64,000 bases of DNA. Source: Candidatus Sumerlaeota bacterium (GTDB taxonomy: Bacteria > Sumerlaeota > Sumerlaeia > JAFGJS01). The stretch's first letter is position 1. Each line of letters opens with the position of its first letter. The translations under genes and the position numbers were made by a program. The stretch covers positions 37,776 to 101,775 of the forward strand of contig JAFGJS010000030.1 in the NCBI GenBank assembly GCA_016928995.1, in the 5' to 3' direction. Below are positions 24,552 to 36,057 of this stretch, piece after piece. The notes below the pieces were generated by a model that ran no database searches, was not told where the DNA came from, and worked only from the letters and a program-made list of their open reading frames with translations.

Positions 24552-25765
24552 TTCCGTTCCTTGAGAATGCGTTTGGTTGACTCATGGGAAGCGTTCGACT
24601 TGAGGCAGATTCGCACTGCCTGGATCACATCGTCAACATCCTCGTCCGTCAGCTTCGCCGAGAGCGGAAGGCTGAGCGTTTGCCTTCCGATGCGCATGGC
24701 ATGGGGATAGTCCTCAGGCTTCCAGCCGAATGTCTCCTGGTAATATGGATGTTCTGGAATACTTAGGTAATGCACGCCGCTTCCAATGTTTTGTTCATGC
24801 ATGGCGCAAAGGAATTCATCGCGGTCGCGGCCTGTTTTTTCCTTATTGATCAACAGCGTGTAAAGATGATGAGCGTGGCGAGTGTCCGGCTCCGGCTCCG
24901 CAGGGCGCTCAACCGGCAAATCCGCGAACGCTTCGTTATATTGATTCCATATTTCTTTCCGCCGCAGCCAATAGGAGTCGATCCGTCGCAGCTGATGCAC
25001 ACCGATGGCGGCCTGAAGATCCATCATGTTATATTTGAAGCCGGGTTCTGTCACCCAATAGTGTTTGTATCCTTGATCGGAGAAACGGCTCCAGGCGTCG
25101 GCGCTCATTCCATGCAGCGCCAGCGTCTTCGCGCGGGCGGCGTAGGCTTCGTTTTCCGTCAGGATCATCCCTCCTTCGCCGGTGACGATGTTTTTGGTCA
25201 CGTAGAAACTGAAGCAACCCAGATCGCCAAACGTGCCTGTCGTATATCCTTTATATTCTGCTTCAATGGCATGCGCGCAATCCTCGATCAATTTCAAATT
25301 GTTCTTGCGAGCAATGGCGCAGAGACGATCCATATCGCACGGGCGTCCGGCGAAATGAACAGGCAGAATCGCGCGAGTCTGCGGCGTAATTTTTGCCTCA
25401 ATCGCCGCCGGATCAATGTTCATCGTGCGAGGATCCACGTCTGCCAGCACCGGCGTCGCGCCTGTGTGGATGATCGCGTTGATCGTGGCGCAAAATGTCA
25501 ATGGCGTGGTGATGACCTCGTCCCCGCGGCCGACTCCAGCCACGATCATCGCCAGGTGCAACGCCGCCGTGCAGGAGTTGACTGCCACTGCGTGCGCGAC
25601 ATTTTTATAGGCCTTGAAATCCGCTTCGAATCGAGCGACCTTGGGACCTGTGCCAAGCCATCCGGTTTTCATGCTGGCAACCAACTCGTCGATCTCATCT
25701 TGTTCGATGATTGGTGATCCGAAGACGAGAAAACGATCCTTGGGGCGCACGGGAACAGACGACAT
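24548..25765 (-). CDS. DegT/DnrJ/EryC1/StrS-family PLP-dependent sugar aminotransferase
   Basis: FLVFGSPIIEQDEIDELVASMKTGWLGTGPKVARFEADF. Catalytic Lys region SFYVTKNIVTGEGGMILT. Confidence 0.85.
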   Translation of the reverse strand: MSSVPVRPKDRFLVFGSPIIEQDEIDELVASMKTGWLGTGPKVARFEADFKAYKNVAHAVAVNSCTAALHLAMIVAGVGRGDEVITTPLTFCATINAIIHTGATPVLADVDPRTMNIDPAAIEAKITPQTRAILPVHFAGRPCDMDRLCAIARKNNLKLIEDCAHAIEAEYKGYTTGTFGDLGCFSFYVTKNIVTGEGGMILTENEAYAARAKTLALHGMSADAWSRFSDQGYKHYWVTEPGFKYNMMDLQAAIGVHQLRRIDSYWLRRKEIWNQYNEAFADLPVERPAEPEPDTRHAHHLYTLLINKEKTGRDRDEFLCAMHEQNIGSGVHYLSIPEHPYYQETFGWKPEDYPHAMRIGRQTLSLPLSAKLTDEDVDDVIQAVRICLKSNASHESTKRILKERK

Positions 25766-25793
25766 GACGGGCTCTCCTTGATGATGCGAACCG

Positions 25794-27299
25794 TTATTTT
25801 TTCGTGAAAACTAATGCCGCGACTGAGAAAATCTCATTGATATCCTTCCATACCGAGGGCAAACCGCGCGCGAAAAGCGCGAATACGATTCCTCCAACGG
25901 CAAGAGAAGCCACAATAATCCATATCATTCCGAACTCGATGAGATAACCGCGCGTGATCCACATTGTCAATCCCATGAGTATGCTGAGCGCGAAGGGATG
26001 ACAGACATTCGAGAATACATCTCCGACACGGATAGGCGAGCGCTTCAACGCGAATGAAAAAACAGGATAGATTAATATATAAGTGCCGATGGTATAACCG
26101 GCGGCGACTCCCAATGCGCCCCATCGCAAGCCGATGATAAAGCAAACGATTCGCACCGTCGTTGAAATGCATGCCCAGGCGAACATCCTTCGTGTTTGGC
26201 CCAGCGTAGTATAAATCCAAGCGATAGCCGTGTTGGTCACAGGCGCCCATATCGCAGCGCAGGCGAGAACCATGAAAATAGAACCGGCGTAATACCATTT
26301 TCGACCCAAGACCAGATCGACAATTTCTGTGGATAGCACGGTCATTGCAACCACAAACGGCATGGTTAAGTAGGCGATAAGCTTGATGGCCTTGAGATAA
26401 AAACTGCGAAAATGTTCTGGCTCATTTTGCATTCGACTGAGCGCTGGGATGGCCACAGCGCTCAGGGGTCCGGTGATTTGGTTGATCGGTAGAAGAAGCA
26501 AAGAATAGGCTTTCGAATAATAGCCTGTGGCTTGCGCCCCGCAATAACGTCCCAGGAGGATTTTATCAAGGTTTCGAGCGAAGTAATTGATAATATTGAA
26601 ACTCGTCAAATAGCCACCGAACGCTAACATCTCACGCACACCCGAGCGTCGTATGGGAAGTCCCGGACGCCAATTACAGGCGAGCCAGACTCCGGCCGCC
26701 ATCGTGAATGGCGTGGCGAGCTGCATCAGCACCAGCGACCAATAACCTAATCCTGCCCATGCACAGGCGATGCCCGTCAGTACGCCAGCACTCAGGCTGA
26801 GTGTGTCAATCACCGCCAGCGCCGTAAAACGCATCTGCCGCCGGAGCAGCGCCTGATGCTGCACCGTAAGTCCGCCGAAGATGAAAGCCAGCGACAGCGC
26901 GATCGTCAGATTAAGCAGTCTCGGCTCGCCATAAAACCAAACGACAAGCGGAGCAAGGGCGATCGTAATCAGCATCAAAGTGGAACTGATGGTCACATTG
27001 ATCCAAAACAGCGTGCTGATCTGGCCGTGGTTGATTTCGGCCTTTTGCACCGTGGCCATGGAAAGGCCAAGGTCTTTGAATATCATAATGAAGCCGGTGA
27101 TCGCCGCCACCATCGCAACCAAGCCAAAGTCCTGCGGCGTCAGCAGCCGGGCCAGAATCATTGTCGAACCAAGTTGCAGGAATAATTTCGCCCCCTGGCC
27201 TAAGAAGGTGATGGCGCCGCCACGAGCGGAACGGCGGCCAAGGTCCTTTTTTAGATCATCCGTTTGAAAAACATTATGATTATGTTGGGCGTTTGACAA
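25794..27299 (-). CDS. Wzx-type oligosaccharide flippase (MOP superfamily polysaccharide biosynthesis protein)
   Basis: 501 aa, ~12-14 TM segments. N-terminal LGQGAKLFLQLGSTMILARLLTPQDFGLVAMV is typical of Wzx. Confidence 0.75.
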   Translation of the reverse strand: MSNAQHNHNVFQTDDLKKDLGRRSARGGAITFLGQGAKLFLQLGSTMILARLLTPQDFGLVAMVAAITGFIMIFKDLGLSMATVQKAEINHGQISTLFWINVTISSTLMLITIALAPLVVWFYGEPRLLNLTIALSLAFIFGGLTVQHQALLRRQMRFTALAVIDTLSLSAGVLTGIACAWAGLGYWSLVLMQLATPFTMAAGVWLACNWRPGLPIRRSGVREMLAFGGYLTSFNIINYFARNLDKILLGRYCGAQATGYYSKAYSLLLLPINQITGPLSAVAIPALSRMQNEPEHFRSFYLKAIKLIAYLTMPFVVAMTVLSTEIVDLVLGRKWYYAGSIFMVLACAAIWAPVTNTAIAWIYTTLGQTRRMFAWACISTTVRIVCFIIGLRWGALGVAAGYTIGTYILIYPVFSFALKRSPIRVGDVFSNVCHPFALSILMGLTMWITRGYLIEFGMIWIIVASLAVGGIVFALFARGLPSVWKDINEIFSVAALVFTKK

Positions 27300-27311
27300 T
27301 AGAGCTGCTTT

Positions 27312-28079
27312 CTACTCAACCAGATAGGCATTCCATCCAAGTCTAAGCGTCGGGCCGCAGCTGGCTTGTTTGATGGGCTTCCCTTGCGAATCTTTTTCGT
27401 TATAAAAGAATCTCAGGGTGCAATTATAGGGGATATCCTGCGTTTCTTCCAATTCCGCCCGCACAACATGCAAACTCGTTTGCCACTGCGACGTCGGCGG
27501 TTGGGGATTGATATTCCACGGTTGGTATTTATAACCCCAATCCCGAAAGCGCTGAGGGATTTTATCCAAATTCGTCGCATCGACAGATCCCAGCAGCTGC
27601 AAGGTATAATCGCTATTCATGGGCTGTTTGACGTCAAACAACCACCATCCATAACACTTCCCATCCTCGTTTGATTTCCTCATCTCAAAAGTCAGAAAAT
27701 CCACTTTGCCGGTGATGATTTCCTGCGGCTTGTAATTCGCGAGCAAGGTGCTCCATTTCTCATGGATCGCCTGCGCAACGGCATCCGATGGGTGTTCGCG
27801 CTGTTGATTGGCCTCTCTCAATGCATAGAGCTCGAATATATCTTCGCATGCTTTGACATCCGTTAAAAGGCCGGAATCTTCGTCCTTCTTCACCGAGTTG
27901 GAATCGTCTTTTTTTTCGGCCTCATGGCTTATCGCTGGTTTGGTTTCAGGAGGTAGAGCTGTTGTCTTCGAACGTTGGGGAAGTGTGTCCTTGCACGCTA
28001 ATGCAGTGAGCGTGCATCCCAAAGCCAAGCACTGCGCCAGTCGGGAATAGAATCCTATATTTATTTGAATCTTTTTCAT
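27312..28079 (-). CDS. hypothetical lipoprotein
   Basis: Signal peptide plus lipobox LTALAC. No recognisable domain. Low-GC gene. Confidence 0.5.
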   Translation of the reverse strand: MKKIQINIGFYSRLAQCLALGCTLTALACKDTLPQRSKTTALPPETKPAISHEAEKKDDSNSVKKDEDSGLLTDVKACEDIFELYALREANQQREHPSDAVAQAIHEKWSTLLANYKPQEIITGKVDFLTFEMRKSNEDGKCYGWWLFDVKQPMNSDYTLQLLGSVDATNLDKIPQRFRDWGYKYQPWNINPQPPTSQWQTSLHVVRAELEETQDIPYNCTLRFFYNEKDSQGKPIKQASCGPTLRLGWNAYLVE

Positions 28080-28320
28080 CGTCCATGGCTCCAGAATTCG
28101 ACTCTGAATCGATCATTTCAGTCTTCAATGATGATTGAACGCTTGTCAAGCCGGTTTGCTCGAAGAGGAAACTTTGAGATTCACAAAGAGCTGGCTTACA
28201 ATCAAATCAACTGAGAAGACTTTATGGTATCCGTTGCTTAGAATCTACTTCTTTTGATGTGATCCATAGTCCGCCGGATTTGCACAAGGGCGGTTCAAAG
28301 TTTTTTTGCGTCGTCGATGT

Positions 28321-29490
28321 TTACGTATGGTCTGAAAAAAAGTGTTCGCATGCGGCCAGGATGCGCCCGGTGGCTTTGCCGTCGCCGTAGGGATTGACCG
28401 CGTTGGCCATGGTTTGATACGCCGCTTCGTCCGTGAGCAGCGTGGAGACGGCGTCCATGATCGCCTGTTTGTCCGTGCCGGTCAGCCGCACCGTGCCCAT
28501 TTCCACGGCTTCGGGGCGCTCGGTGGTGTCGCGCATGACGAGCACGGGTTTGCCGAGGCTGGGCGCCTCTTCCTGCACGCCGCCGGAGTCGGTCAGGATC
28601 ACCGTGGCGCGATTCATCATGGCGATGAACTCGAGATAGGGGAGCGGTTCGATCAGGTGGATGTTGGTGGATTCCGCTGTATGCAGGATGCGCTCCACGG
28701 GTTCGCGCACATTCGGATTGAGGTGCACCGGATAGACGAAATGCACATCGGCAAAACGGTTCGATAATTCGGCGATGGCGCGGCAGATGTTCTCGAAGCC
28801 TTCACCGAAGTTTTCGCGCCGGTGGCCGGTGATGAGCACGACGCGCGGGTCTTGATCGTCGGTTGACGCGGGTTGCAGCGCCTGAGGTAGTGCGGCGATG
28901 GCGGGCGGAGCGGAGCGGATTTTGTCCACCGTGAGGTAAAGGGCGTCGATTACGGTGTTGCCGGTGACCCAAATCTGATTTTCCGCCACGCCTTCACGCA
29001 GCAGATTGCGCTTCGCGGTTTCCGTCGGCGCAAAATGCAGGTTAGTGAGTCTGCTGCAGAGCACGCGATTCATCTCTTCTGGATAAGGGGAGCGCAGATT
29101 GCCGGTGCGCAGTCCGGCCTCGACATGACCGACGGGAACGTTGCGGTAAAACGCGGCTAGCGCGCCGCACAGCACGGTCGTGGTGTCGCCTTGCACCAGC
29201 GCCAGGTCAGGGTATTCGCGGTCCAGATAGGCGTCGATCGCCTCGATGGCCCGGGAAGCGAATCCGGCCAGCGTCTGATCGGGCTGCATCAGTTCCAGAT
29301 CGCAATCGGGCTGGATGCCGAAGACTTGCAGCACCTGATCCAGCATCTCGCGATGCTGGCCCGTGACGCAGATTTGAGGCTGAATCGTAGGATGGTTTTT
29401 CAACGCCAGGATGATGGGCGCGAGTTTGATCGCTTCGGGACGCGTGCCGAAGATGAATGAAATTTTTTTCAACAGCGCTGGCTCCTGCAT
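28321..29490 (-). CDS. wecB: UDP-N-acetylglucosamine 2-epimerase (non-hydrolysing)
   Basis: KISFIFGTRPEAIKLAPII, HVEAGLRT and DSGGVQEEAPSLGKPVLVMRDTTERPE motifs. Confidence 0.85.
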   Translation of the reverse strand: MQEPALLKKISFIFGTRPEAIKLAPIILALKNHPTIQPQICVTGQHREMLDQVLQVFGIQPDCDLELMQPDQTLAGFASRAIEAIDAYLDREYPDLALVQGDTTTVLCGALAAFYRNVPVGHVEAGLRTGNLRSPYPEEMNRVLCSRLTNLHFAPTETAKRNLLREGVAENQIWVTGNTVIDALYLTVDKIRSAPPAIAALPQALQPASTDDQDPRVVLITGHRRENFGEGFENICRAIAELSNRFADVHFVYPVHLNPNVREPVERILHTAESTNIHLIEPLPYLEFIAMMNRATVILTDSGGVQEEAPSLGKPVLVMRDTTERPEAVEMGTVRLTGTDKQAIMDAVSTLLTDEAAYQTMANAVNPYGDGKATGRILAACEHFFSDHT

Positions 29491-29871
29491 TCATGGTCAA
29501 GAGCATGCTCCGGCAGGGCTGAGCTAGAATCAAGCGGAATCAATCCCGCTTTATCGCGTGGGTGCATGTCTTCATCCAGGCAGTGGTTATTGTATATTCC
29601 GCTGATCGTTGACGGCTGTCATGATTTTTGCGGGGCAAAAATCCCGCCAGCTTGAGTTGTTTTGTCCGTCTACCCAGGGCGGCGCTCACGGCCGCAAGCG
29701 GAAAACCAAACCGACAACTGCATTGCGAAACGCTCCGCAGGAGCCTTTCGCTGCTCTGCCCTGGACTACGATCTTGAGCGCTTTCAGCGCTAATAAGGAG
29801 CCATGATTAGAAGAGATATGATCTTCGCGCATGCTGTCAGAATGAAGAAATGTACCTGATCGCATCATGGA

Positions 29872-31932
<2,061 letters not shown>

Positions 31933-32017
31933 TCAGAATTGCATGCGTTGTGTTCTGCGTTTTCAATGCGCAAGGCGCAATTGACAATTCGCAATGTGGC
32001 TATTTCTTGGTGGATCG

Positions 32018-32797
32018 TCAGCTGCCGTAGGTGAGGCGGGTGGCCAGCACCTCGGGCAATCCCTGTTCGAGGATTCGGCTCTGGGCGGCGTCGATGTCGT
32101 ACGGCACGCGGACCAGTTCCAGCCGTTTCGTGTTGCGGTCGTATAGCGCGAAGCAGGACTCCGGATTATGGTCGCGCGGCTGGCCTACGCTGCCGACGTT
32201 CACCAGGTAGCGGTATTGCTCTTGGATCTCGATCTGCGGCTCTTCGGGGCACATCAGTTTGCCGTCGCGGTTCTCGATGATGAACGGCTGATGGGAATGC
32301 CCGATGCAGCAGATGCGCTCCTTGAAATGTTCGAAGTTCAGGTGCGCGTCCGGGATGCTGAGGATGTAATTCCACTCTTCTGGATTGCGCGGCGAGGCGT
32401 GGACGAGGAAGACGTCCTCCAGCGAGATTTCCATCGGCCGGCTGCGCAGGAAGTCCTGATTTTCTTTGGAGAGCTCGTTTTGCGTCCAGCGGATGGCCTG
32501 CTTGGCGACGGCGTTGAAGTTTGTGATGTCCAGCTCGCCCAGCGCGGCCTGGTCGTGGTTGCCCAGCACGCAGGGAACCTTTTTTTCGCGCAGGATGGTG
32601 ACGCATTCATTGGGATGACCGCCGTAGCCGACGATGTCGCCCAGGCAGTAGACTTGATCGACTTTGAGCTCTTCGATGCGCTGCAGCACGGCTTGCAGCG
32701 CGGGCAGGTTGGCGTGTATATCCGAGATGACCGCGATGCGCGGAGGCCTGTCCGGCCTCGTTTCATAGCGCATGGTTACATCGATTTTATTTGTCAT
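32018..32797 (-). CDS. calcineurin-like metallophosphoesterase
   Basis: IAVISDIHANL, GDIVGYG, GNHD and GHSH motifs. Confidence 0.75.
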   Translation of the reverse strand: MTNKIDVTMRYETRPDRPPRIAVISDIHANLPALQAVLQRIEELKVDQVYCLGDIVGYGGHPNECVTILREKKVPCVLGNHDQAALGELDITNFNAVAKQAIRWTQNELSKENQDFLRSRPMEISLEDVFLVHASPRNPEEWNYILSIPDAHLNFEHFKERICCIGHSHQPFIIENRDGKLMCPEEPQIEIQEQYRYLVNVGSVGQPRDHNPESCFALYDRNTKRLELVRVPYDIDAAQSRILEQGLPEVLATRLTYGS

Positions 32798-34523
32798 AAT
32801 CTTTGCCTGTCAATTGCTTGAGCCGCTTGAGGGCCTCTTTACGGATGGCCGGACTGGCGTTTTTCAGCGCGCGTTCCCAGAGTTTGATCTCCTTTTGTGC
32901 ATCGGCGTCATCCGCGGCCGGGGCTTCTTCAGCCGGCTCTTCATCGGCTTCTTCTTCCACAGGCGCGGCTTCCTCTGGCTCGCTGCTGGCTTCGTCTTCG
33001 GCGGCTTCCAGTTCTTCCTCGGCCTCTTCTTCGGGCGGCGCGGCTTCGATTTCTTCAACAGCTTCGTCGAGTTCGGCTTCCGCTTCCGCGGCTTCCGCCT
33101 CCGGTAGGGCTTCTTCTTCCTCGTCGTCGGCGCTTTCCTTGACGATTTGCTTGACGACATCGGCGACGTCGAGTTCCGAGTCGAGTTCGAGAACGTTCAA
33201 GTCGCTGTTGGAGGAATGCGAGAAGACTTCAACTCCATCCGGCGGCGCGGTTTTGCCCGGTTGCGCGGCTTCGGGTTCCGGCTGGTCCTTTTGCTCTTCT
33301 TCCGGGGCCGCTTCGACTTCGGCCGCGGCCTCGCGCGGAATCGAAAGCATATTGGCTGTGGTGTAGACGTAATCCGCGTTTTCCACGAAAACGGCGATGA
33401 ATTGATCTTCACTGTTAGGCAATTCAACGGCTTGCGGCGCTGGCTCCGCTTCCGGTTCGGGCTCCTCGGGCGCGGCCTCCGCTTCGGCGGGCGATTCCGC
33501 ATCGATAAAGGCGTCCGGCTCTTCCCGGAATTCAACGACGCCTTCGCTGGGCGTCGCATCTTCCATCGAGACCAGTTCGGCTTCATCGTCGCCGTCATAG
33601 GCCAGGGTCTCTTTGGCTCCAGATGGGATCTCCCGGTCCAGCACGGGTTCGTGCACGAAGTGAAGCCGGCATGATCCGATCTGGATCACATCGTTATGCA
33701 GCAACTCGCGCTCGCCGTCCTCTTCCTTCAGCGGTTCGCCGTTGACCAGCGTTCCGCGCCAGCTGCCCAGATCCTTAATGATAAACTGATCGTCCGTGCG
33801 TCCGATCATCGCATGCTGCTTGGAGGCGAAGATATCCGGCAGCACGATGTCGTTCGATTTGGCCTTGCCGATGGCGGTCTCCGCTTTGCTGATCTGATAT
33901 TGCCAGTTGTTTTTGCCTTTGCTGATGCGCAGCACGGGGACGAACGGTTTGCCTGGTTCGACGGGCGGGGCGGGCTGGATGTCGGAGTAATCGAGTTTCG
34001 CTTGCGGCGGCGGCGGAATTTCCCCGGAGCCTTCCGGCTCTTCCGGCGCCTCGGCCTCAGCCTCGGCCTCTGGGGCGGAATCCATGGCGCTCGATTTCGG
34101 CGCCGTCGCGTCGTCCAGTATTTCCACGGACGACGTGATCGTGTCGTCTTCCATGAGTTCCGGGACGGTGAATCTGAACTCCACGCGCCCCACGGAGATC
34201 ACGTCGCCTTCGCTGAGCTCCGTTTTGGTCACGCGCTCGCCGTTGACGAGCGTGCCGTTGGAACTGTTCAGGTCGGTCAGAATATACTTGCCGCCCTCGA
34301 CGCGGATGCGCGCATGGCTACGTGAGACGTTCAGGTTTTCAATGACGATATCGTTATCGCGGGAGCGGCCGATCGTAATGACATCCTGTTCCAGGACGTA
34401 TTCCTTGTGGTCGCTTTCGCAGATCAATGCAATTGGCGCCATACCATTACCCACCCTCATCGCATGTGTGTCGCATGTTCTCCCGGCGGCTAATTCGCCC
34501 TTCGACCGAACCGCAGGATACAT
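32787..34523 (-). CDS. tandem-FHA-domain protein with long poly-acidic (Glu/Ala/Pro-rich) C-terminal tail
   Basis: Two FHA cores (TIGRSRDNDIVIENLNVSRSHARI...NSSNGTLVNGERV and AIGKAKSNDIVLPDIFASKQHAMI...SWRGTLVNGEPL). ~200 aa of EAEAEAPEEPE-type low complexity. Terminal ALKNASPAIRKEALKRLKQL. The true start is possibly the Met at 34442. Confidence 0.8.
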   Translation of the reverse strand: MYPAVRSKGELAAGRTCDTHAMRVGNGMAPIALICESDHKEYVLEQDVITIGRSRDNDIVIENLNVSRSHARIRVEGGKYILTDLNSSNGTLVNGERVTKTELSEGDVISVGRVEFRFTVPELMEDDTITSSVEILDDATAPKSSAMDSAPEAEAEAEAPEEPEGSGEIPPPPQAKLDYSDIQPAPPVEPGKPFVPVLRISKGKNNWQYQISKAETAIGKAKSNDIVLPDIFASKQHAMIGRTDDQFIIKDLGSWRGTLVNGEPLKEEDGERELLHNDVIQIGSCRLHFVHEPVLDREIPSGAKETLAYDGDDEAELVSMEDATPSEGVVEFREEPDAFIDAESPAEAEAAPEEPEPEAEPAPQAVELPNSEDQFIAVFVENADYVYTTANMLSIPREAAAEVEAAPEEEQKDQPEPEAAQPGKTAPPDGVEVFSHSSNSDLNVLELDSELDVADVVKQIVKESADDEEEEALPEAEAAEAEAELDEAVEEIEAAPPEEEAEEELEAAEDEASSEPEEAAPVEEEADEEPAEEAPAADDADAQKEIKLWERALKNASPAIRKEALKRLKQLTGKDYDK

Positions 34524-34725
34524 TCGCGAAGCTTGGCTGAATGCAACTTATCGGATTGAACATCCGTTGGTCAAAGAAAATTGTCGCATTCCGTGTGTTG
34601 CGCACATGGTTTTTTTCAGGGCGAATATTCAGGGTTTTGATCCGTCCTTGCCAGTAAAATCGGAGCGCGCGGGCCGCTTTTCCGCGGCGGCCGCGCGCTG
34701 CGCCTGCTTTTTTCCGGCCGATCCC

Positions 34726-35925
34726 TTATTCAGAGATATAGTCCAGCATGCTGAAATAGGGCATGAACAGCGCGAATGCGATGAACAGCACAACGACTCC
34801 CATGATCAGGATCAGAGCCACTTCGATCAAGCTTTGAATGATGGGAATGGCGGCTTCCACCTCGTCGTCGCAGTTGTCCGCGATGTTCAGCAGCATCGTA
34901 TCCAGCGTGCCGGATTCCTCGCCGACAGAGATCATGTCCGTGATCACCGGAGGAAACATCACTGTCTCGTCGCGCAGCGGCGTTTCGAATTTCCCGCCGC
35001 TTTCCAGGCTCTGTCCCACGCGGCGAAGGGCTTTGCTCATGCGCGGGCTCTCGGAGGAATCCGCCGTGACTCGCAGCGCCTCCATGAGCGGAATGCCGGC
35101 GGCCAGCAGGCTGCCCAGCGAACGCATGGTGCGGGAGAGGGCGATGTTGACGGATAGATTACGAAGCCGCGGGATAGTGAGCAGGGCCGATTCCAGTGTG
35201 CGGCGGCCCATGTTGCTGCGAAGATAGAAGAATCCGCCGAGCAGAACCGCGGCGATGGCGCCGATGACGCCTAGCCAATATTGCTCGAAGAATGCGCTAA
35301 TGGTCATCAGCGCAGCCGTGGCTGTGCTGACGTGAGCTTCAGCGGGCAGCTCAGCGGTGAACGCGGGAACGGCCTTGCCCAGCAGCACCGCGATGACGAT
35401 GGCCATCATGGTGAAGACGAAAACGGGATAGATCGAGATTGCCATGACCTTGCGACGCATGTTCAATTTGCTCTCCAGCACTTCGGTCAGACGCGCCAGG
35501 GCGCTCTCCAGAATCCCGCCTTTTTCGCCGATGCGCACGATGTTGACGAAGAGATTGTTGAACACCTTCGGGTGCTTCTCCAGCGAGTCGGCGAGGTTGC
35601 TGCCGGAGTCGATGGCGACGGCGATCTCTTTGACGATTTCGCGCAATTTGGGATGTTGTGTGCGCTCGGCCAGGATCTGCAGCGAGCGTTGCAACGGTAT
35701 GCCCACGTTGAGCAGCGTCGAAAGTTGCCGGCAGAAGATCGACGTTTGCTTCAGGCCCGGTCCGCCGATGACGATGCCTTTGCCCGGCGCCGCCGCGCGG
35801 GACGCCGGGGCGGGAGCAGGAGCCGCGGCTGCGGCCGGCTCCTGGGTCTCGCCTTCGGTCTTGGCGGCTTGGCGCTCGCGGATGGCGTCCCGCAGCGAGC
35901 GTTTCTCATGGGTGTCTGGAGACAT
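34726..35925 (-). CDS. type II secretion / type IV pilus platform protein (GspF/PilC family)
   Basis: Two T2SF repeats and three TM segments. QLSTLLNVGIPLQRSLQIL motif. Confidence 0.85.
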   Translation of the reverse strand: MSPDTHEKRSLRDAIRERQAAKTEGETQEPAAAAAPAPAPASRAAAPGKGIVIGGPGLKQTSIFCRQLSTLLNVGIPLQRSLQILAERTQHPKLREIVKEIAVAIDSGSNLADSLEKHPKVFNNLFVNIVRIGEKGGILESALARLTEVLESKLNMRRKVMAISIYPVFVFTMMAIVIAVLLGKAVPAFTAELPAEAHVSTATAALMTISAFFEQYWLGVIGAIAAVLLGGFFYLRSNMGRRTLESALLTIPRLRNLSVNIALSRTMRSLGSLLAAGIPLMEALRVTADSSESPRMSKALRRVGQSLESGGKFETPLRDETVMFPPVITDMISVGEESGTLDTMLLNIADNCDDEVEAAIPIIQSLIEVALILIMGVVVLFIAFALFMPYFSMLDYISE

Positions 35926-35954
35926 GGATCCACTCCTTATGGCAGCATTTGATA

Positions 35955-36048
35955 GTATTCAGTGTTCAGAGTTGAGTGTTCAGAATTGATGTTTGGAAAA
36001 TCCAAACGAGCTCGGTCATCCTGAACACTGAACACTCAGCTCTGAACG
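35955..36048. repeat. intergenic structured element with direct GTGTTCAG repeats and their inverted copies (CTGAACAC x2)
   Basis: tattcagtgttcagagttgagtgttcag ... ctgaacactgaacactcagctctgaac, between the GspE stop and the GspF start. Confidence 0.5.
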
Positions 36049-36057
36049 CACATTTCG

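Noticed and set aside
27312-28079. Lipoprotein as a possible toxin or immunity or defence component because of low GC
   Set aside because: No recognisable motif. Low GC is shared by the whole acquired glycan cassette. There are no partner genes. Insufficient evidence.
32864-33160. 98-aa extremely basic ORF (KKKPYRRRKPRKRK...)
   Set aside because: It is the antisense reading of the GAA/GCC-rich tract that encodes the poly-acidic tail of the FHA protein. It is a low-complexity mirror artefact.
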